Positions 35,491 to 52,233 of a stretch of 64,000 bases of DNA are shown here, piece by piece. Source of the DNA: the human T2T-CHM13v2.0 reference genome, Homo sapiens; the NCBI RefSeq assembly GCF_009914755.1, contig NC_060936.1; one strand, written 5' to 3'. Every line of letters begins with the position of its first letter. The stretch's first letter is position 1. The position numbers and the translations under genes are program-made. Below the pieces are notes generated by a model. The model was not told the origin of the DNA. It saw nothing but the letters and a program-made list of their open reading frames with translations, and searched no databases.

Positions 35491-36428
35491 CTTCATCACA
35501 TAAAGTTGTATAATAGAGCCAGTTAAGAATACAAAGAATCTTTGGGATGGCAAATGAAAGATGTAATAGATCTAAATAATGACCTAAATGATTTAAACGA
35601 TTACACAGCAAAAGCTTGCATGTGACCTTTTTGGGGAAACCTGTATGTATGAAAGAGATTAAACTGCTGAATGGGTTCTTAAAACTGCTATGTCATTTAT
35701 TGGCAACTGTATGTGCTAAGCTAACCCCTTATGCGCCAAGGTGTTCTAGGTGTGTTGTGCCAGGATCTAGCTGAGTAAGCTAGAGTACAATCGGAGCACA
35801 GCAGCAGCACACCAGCCAGGCGCTCAGGGTGCTTTTCAGCACACTCTTTATACTGCTGGTGCATTGTTATTTCCACGGTACTTCTACAGTCATTAGTCGT
35901 TGAAGCATTGTGGAAGTCCTGTGCGGGAGGCAGAGCAGGATTACTCCATTTTAAAGGGAAGACCCACGTAAAATGGTCATTTAAGGTCATGCATATAATT
36001 TTTGCAAGGCAGGAATTTCAGTCTTATTAATACTGCAAGTGTAGCTTCCTAAGTCTAGGATTCCTCTGTACTTTTCTGTCACCGTTTTTCTTTCTGACAC
36101 TGACTTTATATACACAAGCAGGAAGTCTTGTTACGACATTAAAATTAACTTCATCAGGATGATTTTACAGAAGGTCACAAACTTGCAGCCCAGAGGCTGA
36201 GGCTGGACCACAAATTTGTTTTATTGGTTCCTTAAGCTCAGCACAATGGTGCTGAGCATCAGTAGTACCAACTCTTTTGCATTTACCCTGTCCATTTCAT
36301 CTATATATTGCTTACCTGACCACAGCAGAAATCTGAATTTGTGGCCTTTTCTATCAATCAAATCACTTTATTTATTAAGAAATTATTCATCACAGGGAAA
36401 ACTGATTCCATCATTGTTTAGCCTATCT

Positions 36429-36719
<291 letters not shown>

Positions 36720-36969
36720 CTAGCCTATCTTCAACATATTCAGAACACTTACATTGGCCTACCATTGGGGAAATCATCTAACTCAAAGCCTGTTTTACAA
36801 TAAAGTGCTGACTATCTCGTGTAATTTATCAAATACTGTACTGAAAGTAAAAAACAGATCGGTTGTATGGGTTCTCAAAGTACAGCATGTCCTGAACGTG
36901 TATTACTTTTACATCATCAAAAAGTCAAAAACTCCTGAGTAAATCCACTGTAAGTCAGGGACTGTCTGC
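36720..36969 (+). mobile_element. MER47-like Tigger fragment (host of the preceding Alu)
   Basis: cagaacacttacattggcctac...aataaagtg...aagtcagggactgtctg. Confidence 0.75.
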
Positions 36970-37046
36970 ATACAAAATTTCATTTAGAAAATAATGCACA
37001 TTTTCCAGCACAAAATAATTTGCACAAAAACATGAACGACCAATAA

Positions 37047-37389
<343 letters not shown>

Positions 37390-37465
37390 TTGTCATCATT
37401 TTTAACAAACATTTAGTTAAGATAAAAATTGCATCAAATATGGCAAGTAAATGACACAATCCCTA

Positions 37466-37747
<282 letters not shown>

Positions 37748-38006
37748 CTATCATAAAAACAGCAACCAAAATGATCGTATTTCAGTATTTCTCTCCTATG
37801 ATCATTAGAAAATGCTAATGCAGAAATGTTAAATCAATCAAAAGACACTATTTAATATGCCTGCTGGTGTGCCTCATGTTCTAATTAAAAGGATTCTTAG
37901 GAACTTATGTATATATGGCACACAGACAATACCATTTTAAAGCAGATGTATGTGAATCCACTTGGAAACTGCTCTGCCCTGGAAATGTTAATATATTGAC
38001 AACTAC

Positions 38007-38227
38007 CTTAATTTCCTCGGGCTTGGGACTTCCTAATCCATCTTCCACTTCCATTTTGAATTCTGTGAGTTGTGTTGAAACCATACTGACCATAGGGCTC
38101 TCCATCATGCCTAATGCTGTCACTGTCTCTGAGCTGATCCCATCTTTATAATTCATCACAGGAGAAAATGCAGGATGCTGTTCCAAAGATGGTGGAGTGG
38201 GAAACATCCTTTGCAAGTCTGCAACTG
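38007..38227 (-). CDS. MED13L: MED13L exon 15 ([18 protein letters not shown]...KPEEIK)
   Basis: tttag acceptor (NAGNAG), AAG|gtagtt donor; 221 nt. Confidence 0.95.
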
Positions 38228-38418
38228 CTAAAAATAAGAAATAAAAAAAATTTGTTTAATAGGAAGGGCTTCTAAAAAGTCCTAGCTTATAGCCAGGCGC
38301 ACTCTTTGGCACCAAAAATAGTGCTAATTAAATGATCACATCAGTTCACAAAAGAATATTAATAATGGAAGTGACTAAGAAGAAGGCCATCAGCAGAGAA
38401 TTATCTTTTTCTGGGTCT

Positions 38419-38718
38419 TGTTTTGTTTTGTTTCGTGAGACAAAGTATCACTGTATCACCCAGGCTGGAGTGCAGTGGCCTGATCTTGACTCACTGTAAC
38501 CTCTGCCTTCCTCGTTCAAGCAATTCTTGTGCCTCAGCCTCCCAAGTAGCTGGGACTATAGGCACGTGCCACCATGCCCAGCTAATTTTTGTATTTTTGG
38601 TAGAAACAGGGTTTCACCATGTTGCCCAGGCTGGTCTCGAACTCCTGGGCTCAAGTGGCCCGCCTGCCTCGTACTCCCCAAGCGCTGGGATGGCAGGTGT
38701 GAGCCACTGTGCCTGGAC
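38419..38718 (-). mobile_element. Alu (J-type), full length
   Basis: Consensus dimer; degenerate TSD ttttct(g/t)ggtctt. Confidence 0.92.
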
Positions 38719-38987
38719 TTTTCTTGGTCTTTATCACTAACTTCTTGATGCTTTATGGTCTGGCTTCACATTAATTAAGTAAACAAAGTCTACATAACTT
38801 GTATGTTTCTTCCAACAACTGATTCCCTGAAAAGTCTAAGGAGAGGAATTAAACAGAAAGTGGAAGCAATTAGATAGTTACCACTACTAAAGTTCTATCC
38901 CTGCTTTCAAGTATGTATAAAATATTACAAAAAATAAAAATTGTTTGGAGCTGATTACTCAGCTAGTTTGACAAATCCACTACACTT

Positions 38988-39033
38988 ACAGCTGCTCTTT
39001 TGGGGAAACTCACAGCTGCTCTTTTGGGGAAAC
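38988..39033. repeat. Tandem duplication, 24-bp period
   Basis: acagctgctcttttggggaaac occurs exactly at 38988-39009 and 39012-39033. Confidence 0.95.
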
Positions 39034-39236
39034 AGTTCCATATTTTTTCCAGACAGATATTAAAATGAAACTTCAAAGTTTCTTTTAAGAAATACTTAGA
39101 ACAGCGGTTCTGAACTCCTTCTTTAAAAAAAAAGTTTCCTTTAATACACCTGTAGTAAAAAATTATCACTACAGTAGTTCATTAAGGCACTGATTCTTAA
39201 AAAGTAGACCTATTGAAAAGTTGTAGTTGTAAAATT

Positions 39237-39255
39237 TGGCCACTAGGGGGTGGCC
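39237..39255 (+). promoter_or_regulatory. CTCF-like motif
   Basis: TGGCCACTAGGGGGTGGCC versus the core CCASYAGRKGGCR: one core mismatch. Confidence 0.55.
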
Positions 39256-40127
39256 TATGCAGCAAATTTTTTAAGTTTGGAGCCACAGGTTTTTAAATCA
39301 GTGATTTAATGTCCCAGTTTCCTATCCTATTGCTCTTTCCAACAACTTCAAGATTTAAACAGACCAATAATAACCAGTGAATCACTAAGATCTGACTCCT
39401 AGCTCCGAATCAGAAATTAACACTGGGCAACTGTACCGTGCTGTGCTCACGGCTACCCAGTCCAGGTGCTGGGGACTTAGATCTGCTGTGGTCAGGTCAC
39501 TTCCCCCCTTGGGGCCTTGGTTCCTTCATCTAACAGGGAAGGCAGGGCTAGATGGATGACTCTCAATGGGCCTACTTGCTTTGCTTTGTTTGTGAGGGGA
39601 GAGGAAAGCTTTCAAACACCTCAGCATATGGAGGCAGAAGAAAAGGTGAGAACTTCTGAATTACATAATCTTTACCGTGTTTCTAAGTGAAACAACTGTA
39701 TAATCCTAAATCATTTAGCCTCTCTTGGCCTGTGGAGTTATTTGTAAAATAAGGAGAGGGAGAGGCCAATCAGCAGGGTTGTTAATTCCAACATTCATTT
39801 CCATTAGCGATGCTCCACTGCTACTTATTTTCTATAATAGGAATCTGTATCTGATTTCATTATACAAAAAAGTACCTGCTGCTTCTAAAAAAAAGAAGAA
39901 GAAAAAACTAAAAATCCCAAGTTGATCTTCAAGGCACCTTAAAAATTTATAGAAGTAGAAACATGAGCCAAGCCAAACAAGAAACTGGCAGAAAACTATT
40001 TGAGAGGCTACATAACCGATACACTCTGAGGTGGAAAAACAGGACTTAAAATGTAGCAGGAACCAGATCAGTAAGTTTTCTTTAAAACAAAGCCAAGATC
40101 TTTAATATAAAGTTAGTCTACACTGGA

Positions 40128-40400
40128 GGCCGGGTGGGATAGCTCACACCTATAATCCCAGTACTTTAGGAGGCCAAGGCAGGCAGATCATTTGAGGTCA
40201 GGAGTTCGAGACCAATCTGGGCAATATGGCGAAATCCTGTCTCTATTAAATAAATACAAAAATTAGCCAGGCATGCTGGCAGGAGGCTGAGGCACAAGAA
40301 TCTCTTCAACTGAGGTGGCAGAGATTGCAGTGAGCCGAGATCTCGCCACTGCAATCCAGCCTCGGTGAAAGAGAAAGACTCTGTCTCAAAAAAAAAAAAA
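40128..40400 (+). mobile_element. Alu (S-type) with a short right-arm deletion
   Basis: Junction ggcatgctggca|ggaggctgagg; degenerate TSD aaagtt..tctac. Confidence 0.9.
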
Positions 40401-41827
40401 GTTCATCTACGCTTGAAATAAATCCATCACCTTTAACCTTTAGTCCCTATTCCTCCTCTCAAGCCGAAGAACAGCTACTACAAAACTGTAATATAATTTG
40501 AGTTATATTTTAAAACATAATTCTGCTTCATAAAATCTTCAAAGTCACATTGCCATAAATCTTAATAGCCAGTGTAGCTCTTTGTGAAGTACAGAAATTG
40601 TATAAATTCTCTTTAAGTTAAAAGGATGAGCTTAAACATAGCCTTTCTTATAAGTATCCTATGACACAAGATTTTGCAAAAAAAAAAAAATAGTTCTATT
40701 AAATTTGTTTTTACATTTCCTGTAAGAAACATAATAAAGGCATTTCCACCCACTTAGTGTTAGCTGACTTCTTTGATCTTCCTGAACGCACGCATATATC
40801 TCAGTTTTCAAAGCCTCAGCCACCCTGTTAATTTTAGCAAAGGTAAACAGAGAACACACAAAAAAGCAGGGATGAAATTCTACCTCCAAGAGAGTCACTT
40901 TATAAAGTGGTCTTTATCATTGTTACTATCAGATATTCTTAAGGAAGACTCAGTCTGTCTCACTTCAATTTCCTAATCCGTAAAATGGGAAAAATATCTA
41001 CTTCATATTTTTTGTGCATATTGAGATAATGTATGCTCAGAAGTGAACACTTTGCTGCAAACATCTAAACATTCAGCAAATGATGAACTCAGTACAAATT
41101 AATTCTCCCTCCCAAACCTGGATTGGAAAAAGATGGAACCACTGTCAAGTTTTGGGACTTTCTGAAAATATATGACCCTAAAGAAATTTTGAGATGACCA
41201 AAGGGAATCGGACTCAAAGTGGGTAAAGCAGAAAGAACACACAGACTCCAAGAAACACTTTGGTCCTCCAAAATAGAAACATGATTTGTCTCTTCAATTT
41301 TCTTCCCAGAAAACGGCTAAAGCAAGGGTGGAAACAGCCACCAGGACGGACTGGAGGTGAGCTGTGCTGCCCACAGCGCTCTGCTTACTCCCATCCTGCC
41401 TATCTCTGCACTTCAGCGGGAACTCATAAGACACCCACCTGCTCCTGCCCAGCACTTTATGTATTCATGCACAGGATGAAAGACCTCCAACAAAGCAGCA
41501 TTGTTGATTTCTTAGTGTTCTCCTCACCCCAGAGCACATGCCCAAGTCCCTTCCAAACCGTAAGGACTCTTGGAAAATAAACAAATGAACCAACCCCAAA
41601 ATCCAACTCTTTCCTTTTGTCTATTCAAAGACTCATACTTTAAACTGATGTGCTTTCAAATGCGAAAATTTGTAAGAAAGTGGTTAATAATAAAACCTAA
41701 TAAAAACATGTTTTTACTATAACACAATACTACCTTAACATAAACTTGATATTAAAGTAAACCTATTTGTCACTGTTTGTTGCTGTCTTCAGCATTACAT
41801 TCACAAATGAATAATGAGGAACCTATG

Positions 41828-42177
41828 CTTTCCAACACAATATCCACTGGCCACACGTGGCTACTGAGCACCCAAAATGGGGCTTGACCAAATAGAGATG
41901 GGTTGCATATGTAAAACATACACTGTATTCCCAAAACTTCATACCAAAAAAAAAAGTAAAATATGTACAACCATTATATATTACATTTTTATAAAAAAAG
42001 TGAAATACTGCAATAATTTTATACTAATTACATGTAAAAATAATATTTTGGATACTTAAATAAAATACTGTATATTATTAAAATTAATTTCTTTTTTTAA
42101 ATAGCCACTAGAAAATGTGAAATTGCACATGTGGCTCTCATTTGTGGCTTCCCTTGTGTTTCTACTGGACAGTGTTG
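41828..42177 (+). mobile_element. MER33-like hAT element
   Basis: ccactggccacacgtggctactgagcac...tttctactggacagtg; similar to the copy at 2561-3175. Confidence 0.75.
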
Positions 42178-42182
42178 TTTAG

Positions 42183-42472
<290 letters not shown>

Positions 42473-43994
42473 CTAGACATTAACTTTTATAATACATTTG
42501 TCTTCCCACTGCAATGCCCAAAAATCTATTGCTGAGATTAAAATATCTTGCCAGGCTATTTTCATTGTCATTTCTTGGGAGGAAATACTGTGTGTTCCCC
42601 TCACTCCCCCACCCCATCCCACAAATACATATGCTCTCACGAACACATATTTATATATATGCTTTGTACACATTAAAATGATCCTCTGTATTCTTGCATA
42701 TCTGGGTTTTCCTGGTGTTAATATTCTGTGCTACATTTCATATTGATTCGTTTTTATAACGTGCACTTTATCATAAAATTTTGAATTTTGAGTAGCTTCT
42801 TTTTGAAATAATTCTTTTTTGGATAGAAATGAGAGAAAGGATAGAGCACACAATATACTTCACTTGGCAATGCTGCTAACTAGCAGGATGTCTGCGAGTG
42901 AAAAGCCTTGGCTGAGTTATCAGACATTCTAACATTTCACATCACTACGCATCACGTCATGTCAAAAAGGGTAAAGGATCAATGGATTCAAAAAAGAGGA
43001 AAAACTCACTCATCTGACCTGCACATATCTATTTTAATACTGTTTCTTTTAATCTGTGAAGTTCCATGTTTGTGAAATTCTGCAGTGCAGAGTAATAAAA
43101 CAAGAAAAATGTTTAACTAAAAAAACTACAGCAACGGGCTGGCTATCATTATTCATTTTCACCCATGTCATGCTTGAGAAAGCTTTGCATATTTTAAAAA
43201 GCTATGGATCCACTAAAGCTGTCAAAATCCAATCTCTGTATACTTCCCAACTTCTAGATTTGAGTAAATCAGCACTACATTTATAGGTTCATAAAGCTTT
43301 TTGACTCATCCCTATGACATGGTGGTTTTTCCCCTCAATTTGTTCTCATTACCAGCTGAAGTTAATGAGAAGGTGTTAAAGAATGATTTGCAATGGAATT
43401 ATGTTTCTGCTTCAGAGTATCCACATAAGCTACCCTTTTTTTTCCTCTTGTAGAATAATTTGGTTTCTTAGGGCAAAGAATATACTCAAAAAAAAGAGGT
43501 TCATCTCTTTGTCAGCATATATGGTAAAACTAGTTGATCTCAAAAGGAAACACAAAAACTTTAGTATGCATCTTGAAAAGGACCACTGAAATCAAATATC
43601 CAATATCCTTGAGTGAATTATATTTATAAAAACAGAAACATTTTACACAGTCTTATAATAGAGTATCAGTTTGAAAAATCACTTGTGCAGCATTTATTCT
43701 ACTAGGAAAGGACTATTAGAAAAACAAACCTAAAACATGTTTTTCTACATTTTAAGCTATAAAAAGCTAATTCTTAACTGGAAAACAAAGGAAAGGAATT
43801 CAAATTAAGATGGTTTCTGTATATGATTAGCTGCCTGCCATCTCAGAACACCAATTTATATAGGTTTTAATTCACAGTTAGAATTCTGTCAAAAGGAAGG
43901 GAAATTTCAGATAAAGATAAAGCACCACTAAGTATGAGAATATTATATCTAAGTTACAGGCAGTGAGCCACAATGGCTCAGTCAAGTTTCTCTA

Positions 43995-44099
<105 letters not shown>

Positions 44100-46854
44100 C
44101 TAAGAACAGACGGTGTTATTAAAACAGAGTGACGTGTATATAAGTAGGGCAGCATTCAAATATTTCCTAATGTATGCCTATTGGTAGATGCCTCTTGGTA
44201 GAAGCGTTTACCAGGTGAACCTCTAGAAATACCAACAGATAGTGAAACAAAGGAGATGGTTACAAGCTTATCAAGTGTAAGAAACAGTGAATTTTTTTCA
44301 TGGATCTTGTGAGGGCAGATTGCGCCATCAAAGGAGAGCTTGCAGACCTTAAGCAATTCTTCCCTCCCAAGTCAATTTTCAGGGACACAGTGTTACATTA
44401 GGGTGGTGCCTCCAGTAGTAACTGACAATTGGTCTGGTTTCCCTTATACTTGGAAGCAAGCAGCTAAAAGGCATAATCTCAAGCCCTCCAATTCTTTTTT
44501 TTTTTTTGCATTTATCACAACAAACTATGTATCTTCTGTACCTATTTTTATAGTTACTATTTATCTTCACCAAAAATAACCTTATTTTGTAAAATTATTG
44601 AAATATTCAGAAGGTTTTTCTCTGATCTGTTATTCAAAAACAAACCAAGTGCATTACTGGGCAAGATTATCTTTAACATTAAATGAACTGGTGATGAATT
44701 AAAATAAAATATAAAATAAAGCAAAAAATGATTTTTACAAATAGAAGGCCTTTTATTTATTTATACTTATACAATGTCACAACATTGAAATGTAAAATTA
44801 AAATTAAATTCAAAGACACATGAGATGACAACTCAGCCAACAGCCTCCCAACTCCATTTACGAGTAGTAAGATGAATTAGCAATATATTCTAAGGTAAAC
44901 CGCTCATGTGATTAAATGCCAGACTAAAAATCAGAGTAAAGCAAAAACACTCAGAGAAATGAAAATTTGATTGAAAATGTCCAATTCTCCTTTTCATGTT
45001 AATATTACTAAAAGTATATTCCCAACAGTTAAACATTTCTTCATTAAGCTTAATAGTAATTCATAATTTATACAAAGAATAAGTTCAGTGGCCCAGAGCA
45101 GAAACAATTACCAGGATGGTGGTCATGAACAGATCAGGCAGGCCACTCCAAAATGCTTGCTCTGTTCCTTTCTTTCTCCTCCTTTGACTTGTACCTCCTT
45201 TTCTTTTCATATTGGATTCCCATCACCATTGCCAAAGCACCTATCCTAACCCTCTGTATCTTTAAAACCAAACCCAGGCAGCACTTGGCCTCCAGTGGAT
45301 AGTCAAATTCAATGCCTGGATCAGCAATGAAGAAATGAGTCATTTCTTCTACCAGAGTTTTTCACATTTTCATGTCCTTTTCCTTCATGTGGCCACTGTA
45401 TAAATTCAGATTCTAGTGTTCCAATCCAACAAAAGTTACCAGATTAGAGGATTCCTGCTTTCGGCATATCAGACTGGAAAAAAAAATAGCCCTTCTGCCA
45501 GTTCAGTTCTATACTCAGCAGCCCTCAGAGGAACACATATTAGTACAGTTTAAAATCCAAAACTTTCCTAGACCTATCAGTCTCTAATCATCCAAAAAAA
45601 CAGACCAATGGTCTGTTCCTTATCCCTGAAAGCTAATCTAGTTCGTTTTTGTTGTTTAATCAAGGCTCATTCCACACTTAAACTAATGTCCCTCCCCCCT
45701 TCCTCTCAATGACCCCTTCTTTCCATATTTCAAGTACAATCCATTCTTCCAGACCATTATGATCTCCTCATCTTCTAAGTACTTATAACAGTAATGGTGT
45801 ATAATATCTGTTAGATACATTTTATTTTAAAGTTTGGGCTTTAGAAATGTTTCCTACTTAACTTTCAAGCCTTAACTTAAACACTGCTCCCCATCACTTG
45901 GTCACGTCGTATCTGAATGTCCAGCAACTTTAGATTCAGGTCTATTATTGTACTCACAGCAATAAGTACATTATAACTTTATGTGCCATTTCTCCTTATG
46001 TCTGTGAGTGTCTCAAGTATAAGGGTGGTAATTTAATCATATTTCTAACCTCAATGACTAGCCTTAGTACCACCACAAAGGAATTAACCTTCAAACAATT
46101 AACAAATGTATGTAAAACAGATGAATAGGGAGGTAGATAAGTGAATGAATGAAAGAAAAGTAAACTAATAAGCTGACCTTTTTGAAAACAGAGCCTATCT
46201 TACTCATCTCTAGATCTCCCAGAAAAAACAGGCACTTGTATTTGCCCAAAGGTACAGAGTTGGTTAGGAGGATGAGGACACACATTTCCTGACTCTTAGT
46301 TCTGCTGATCTCCAAAGAATTATAATAATTATTCTTCTCTGTCATTTTAATTGTATGCTGCCTTGTAGTATTTAACTTCTATGTATATAAATTCTATTCC
46401 CCTACAATGATGCCATGATCTTAAAAAGTATAAATCATATTTGCATACCTAACCTCTGACTTATTAGATGAATAAAAAGTTATGTGGGCATTACTTTAAA
46501 AATCAAACCTAAGGGACAATGTAATACATTTCTAGTAGTCCTGTGATATTTAGAAGAATTTATTACAATAAATGTGAGAGATTTTAATATGTACAACTGG
46601 AATACACTAATGAAAAAGATCCTTCAATGAACAAAACTCGAGGTGGATACACTACGCTAATAACCTTTACAATCTTTTCCAAGTATACAAACTTTTTTTA
46701 TACAGCATGACTAGATTCCAGTATACAGACATTTATAAAGAACATTCAGAACCTGAAATAAGAGCCCCCAAATTCAGGACACCAAACTATAAAGAAATAC
46801 TACAACACTGATATAAAGTCCTTTCATGTAGCGAAATTTTTGTTTATGTAGCTA

Positions 46855-47106
<252 letters not shown>

Positions 47107-47265
47107 TTAGTTAAATTTAGAGACAATTATTTCCAAATATGTTTATCAGTTTTGAAAGGAACTGAAAAACAAACTATGAAAAATATATTAAAGATGAGAT
47201 GAAATTCTTATTACAATAAGAATAAAATTTTACATTGAGAAGCATCTCCTTTGCATTTCATTTTA

Positions 47266-47709
<444 letters not shown>

Positions 47710-48312
47710 TTAACAACATTTTAGATGCTAAATTATAGATTTGGCTTTCTGGGTCTAGGGAGATCTGTATAAAACAATCTAAAAAGCATTCCCCTAACTA
47801 TTCCGGCCTCTTATAATTGTTTTATTTCCTTGATTCTCAAGAATACCTATTTCAATGGCCCATATTTTAGAATGTCTGAAAATTTGAAATTAAAGACAGC
47901 AGACACAACCAGTACTCATTTTTATGATGATGAAACCAGTAAAATTAATACTGATAGTCTATGGGTAGAGTTGATATTAACCCAGAGAATATATAGGTAT
48001 AGCGCTCAGCACAGTAAGGATAAGAAGCGCTCGATAAATTGTGTATACCTACTGTTACAAACATTTTTTCCTTTACATTTTGGGTAGTTCGGAATAATAT
48101 TTTAAAAGAAATAGGGAGCATAGGCCAACAAGAATTAGCATATGAGAGAAAACATGCACTGTACAAGCTATAGCCTGGAAAATATGAGGCTTCATTTATG
48201 TTCGGCTGACTTTTAAACAAAGGTGAGCCATGACATAAAAAGGAACAATACGCTGTTCAATACAATAGTACCAAGAGCATGAATATGGGGACAGAGCAAT
48301 CAGGCAAGACTA

Positions 48313-48678
<366 letters not shown>

Positions 48679-48829
48679 TTAAAGCATTTACAAAGTTTAA
48701 ACTTTTTGTAAAAACAACTAAAAATTCACCGATATAGTGATTTGCTTTTACAGTTTATATTCATGATTAAATAAAAATTAGCATACTTTGTCAAGAATAT
48801 ATGTTTTTGTCTCTGGGTCCATCAATTCC

Positions 48830-49010
48830 ACTTAAGAGCACAGGTTCTCAGGACAGACTGCCTAGTTTCAAATTCCATCTGTGTCATTTACTAACTGCAT
48901 GGCCCTAGTTTCTCAGTTATAAAATTAACGTAATAATATGGTACAGTGAAGATTAAATGAGATCATCTATGTAAAGTTTTAGAATGGGTGGCTCAAAAGA
49001 GCTATAAATA
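48830..49010 (+). mobile_element. MIR
   Basis: ttaagagcacagg...cagactgcct...gattaaatgaga. Confidence 0.7.
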
Positions 49011-49399
49011 TTATACTAGATACATGATACATACACCTGAATGCAGGCAAAGCCTTCCTCAAAAATGTCAACATACAAAGAAGGCACTGACAGCAGTATG
49101 GAAAGTCTTATAAAGCTATATTCTTTAATTAACAAACAGTAGGGCAAAAATGTATTAATATATTTGGAGTGTACTTAAATGGCATAAAGAGTTCTTTATA
49201 TGCCCATGTGTCAAATGACATGTGTGCTAACCTATAAGTAGGACAAAGCATTTGACCATTAAACATTTTCCATATCCGGAGTCAAGAAGGACAAAGAAAA
49301 GCCTACTTCAATTTTGAATCTGAAAGTTTAGCAGGTAGAGATGGGGAGGGAGCCCATGCCCTTCCGGTGGACGGGTGGGTGGTGCAGAGAGCTGTCTTA

Positions 49400-50167
<768 letters not shown>

Positions 50168-51769
50168 TTAAGAAAAGAGATTCTCTGACAAAATTTTGCC
50201 TTTTAAAGCATACATTAGATGTACTAATACATATAAAAGGGCTCTAAGTTTTTAATTATACTTATATAACTAAAAAACACAATACACCCCAATGAAAAAT
50301 GAAGAATCAATCACATACAAGTTAAGCAGATAAGAAATGGGCACAGCAAAAGATGTAAGGTACATTGCTAATCCCTACAAATCACTGATTCAAAAAAACC
50401 CAAATCTTTTAGATTTGGTGAGGGCCTCAGATAACCTATTCATACTGCATCTTAAAACCATGAGAGTAGAGTCATGAGATTCTCTGCCAAGAAACAACAA
50501 AGCTTCCAATTTCTATTTTATAACACTCTACTAACTGTAATATAGAATGGCTTATAATGGCTTGTAGTGCTGTAAATTGGGAATAAAATAACTACGCAAC
50601 TACTCTGCCTCAAAGTGTGGAACTAAAACAGTAAGTTTCAATCCTAAGAACATTTAATAGGATAAATATACTAGAAACTTTATGTGCCACTATATCTAGG
50701 CAAGAAGGGATAAAAGACAACTTTGGATCTTACAGACACACGTTAAAATGACAGAAGTTAACACCACACATACACAAATGCACCTGAACCATCTAAGCAG
50801 AAAAACCAAGTCGGCTCACATCTTAACACACTTCTTGGCAAGCATGGGTGTGAAAAATGGCTCAGTAAGAGCCCACTACATGATGCCAAGGTTTAATCTG
50901 TACAACAAAGTTATACTGCATGTCAGCCAGTACCTCCCAATATATAAATCATTCCCGGGGAAAAATATGAGGTCTCCTGCCGGTGTAGTAGTAACTCTCT
51001 GAGGCCACTAGGGTGGCATTAAATTACTGCTGCATTGCCCTAAATGATGCCCTAGTGAGCAGTAAAACGGATTTGTGGGGCATAATGGGATGGTTTAGTG
51101 GGACAGCAGGATGGCTGCCCTGCTCCATAAGGCCATTAAAGAGTGGAAGGAGTGGTCTGTACCATAATGGGTTTGGTAATCCTGCAGCAGATAATCTGCA
51201 AATACTCTTGCCAAAGTCTTTGCTACTCTAAAAAAATAAAAACAAACACTCCTGAACTTCTTGTCTTTAAGCTCAATGAGCATGGTACCACAGTAACATG
51301 TGAACGTCTCATCAGAAAGTATCTCAATATCTTATGAAGGTACTTACTTTAAAACCTAAAATTTAAAAGTCTTTTAGACTTTTTTTCTCAGAGAGCATTT
51401 ACCCGCACTAGTTCTTTGAGAGACACTTTATGATACCCTCTTCAAAGTAAAGATTTTTTGCAAAGTGGATAATCTAATCATAAAGTAAGTTTTTTCAACT
51501 GTATTTAATGATTCAGCTACATTGCAAAAAGGTTAGAATGAGGAATGCACAGTAGGTAGGAGAGAATCACAGTGCGTCTCAGCAGGAAAAGAACCTGATG
51601 CAGGCAGTGGGAAAATCAGACGAAGTCGGCACACTATATGGGTGACTGGTGGTAGGAAGAAACCTGAGGCAGGGCCCAAGCATGTAGAAATAGATCATGA
51701 CTAAAAGAACAAGGAAAGGAGAAGGATTACAATAGGCATTTCAAAGGAAGTCAGTGTGAAATCCAGTGA

Positions 51770-52233
<464 letters not shown>

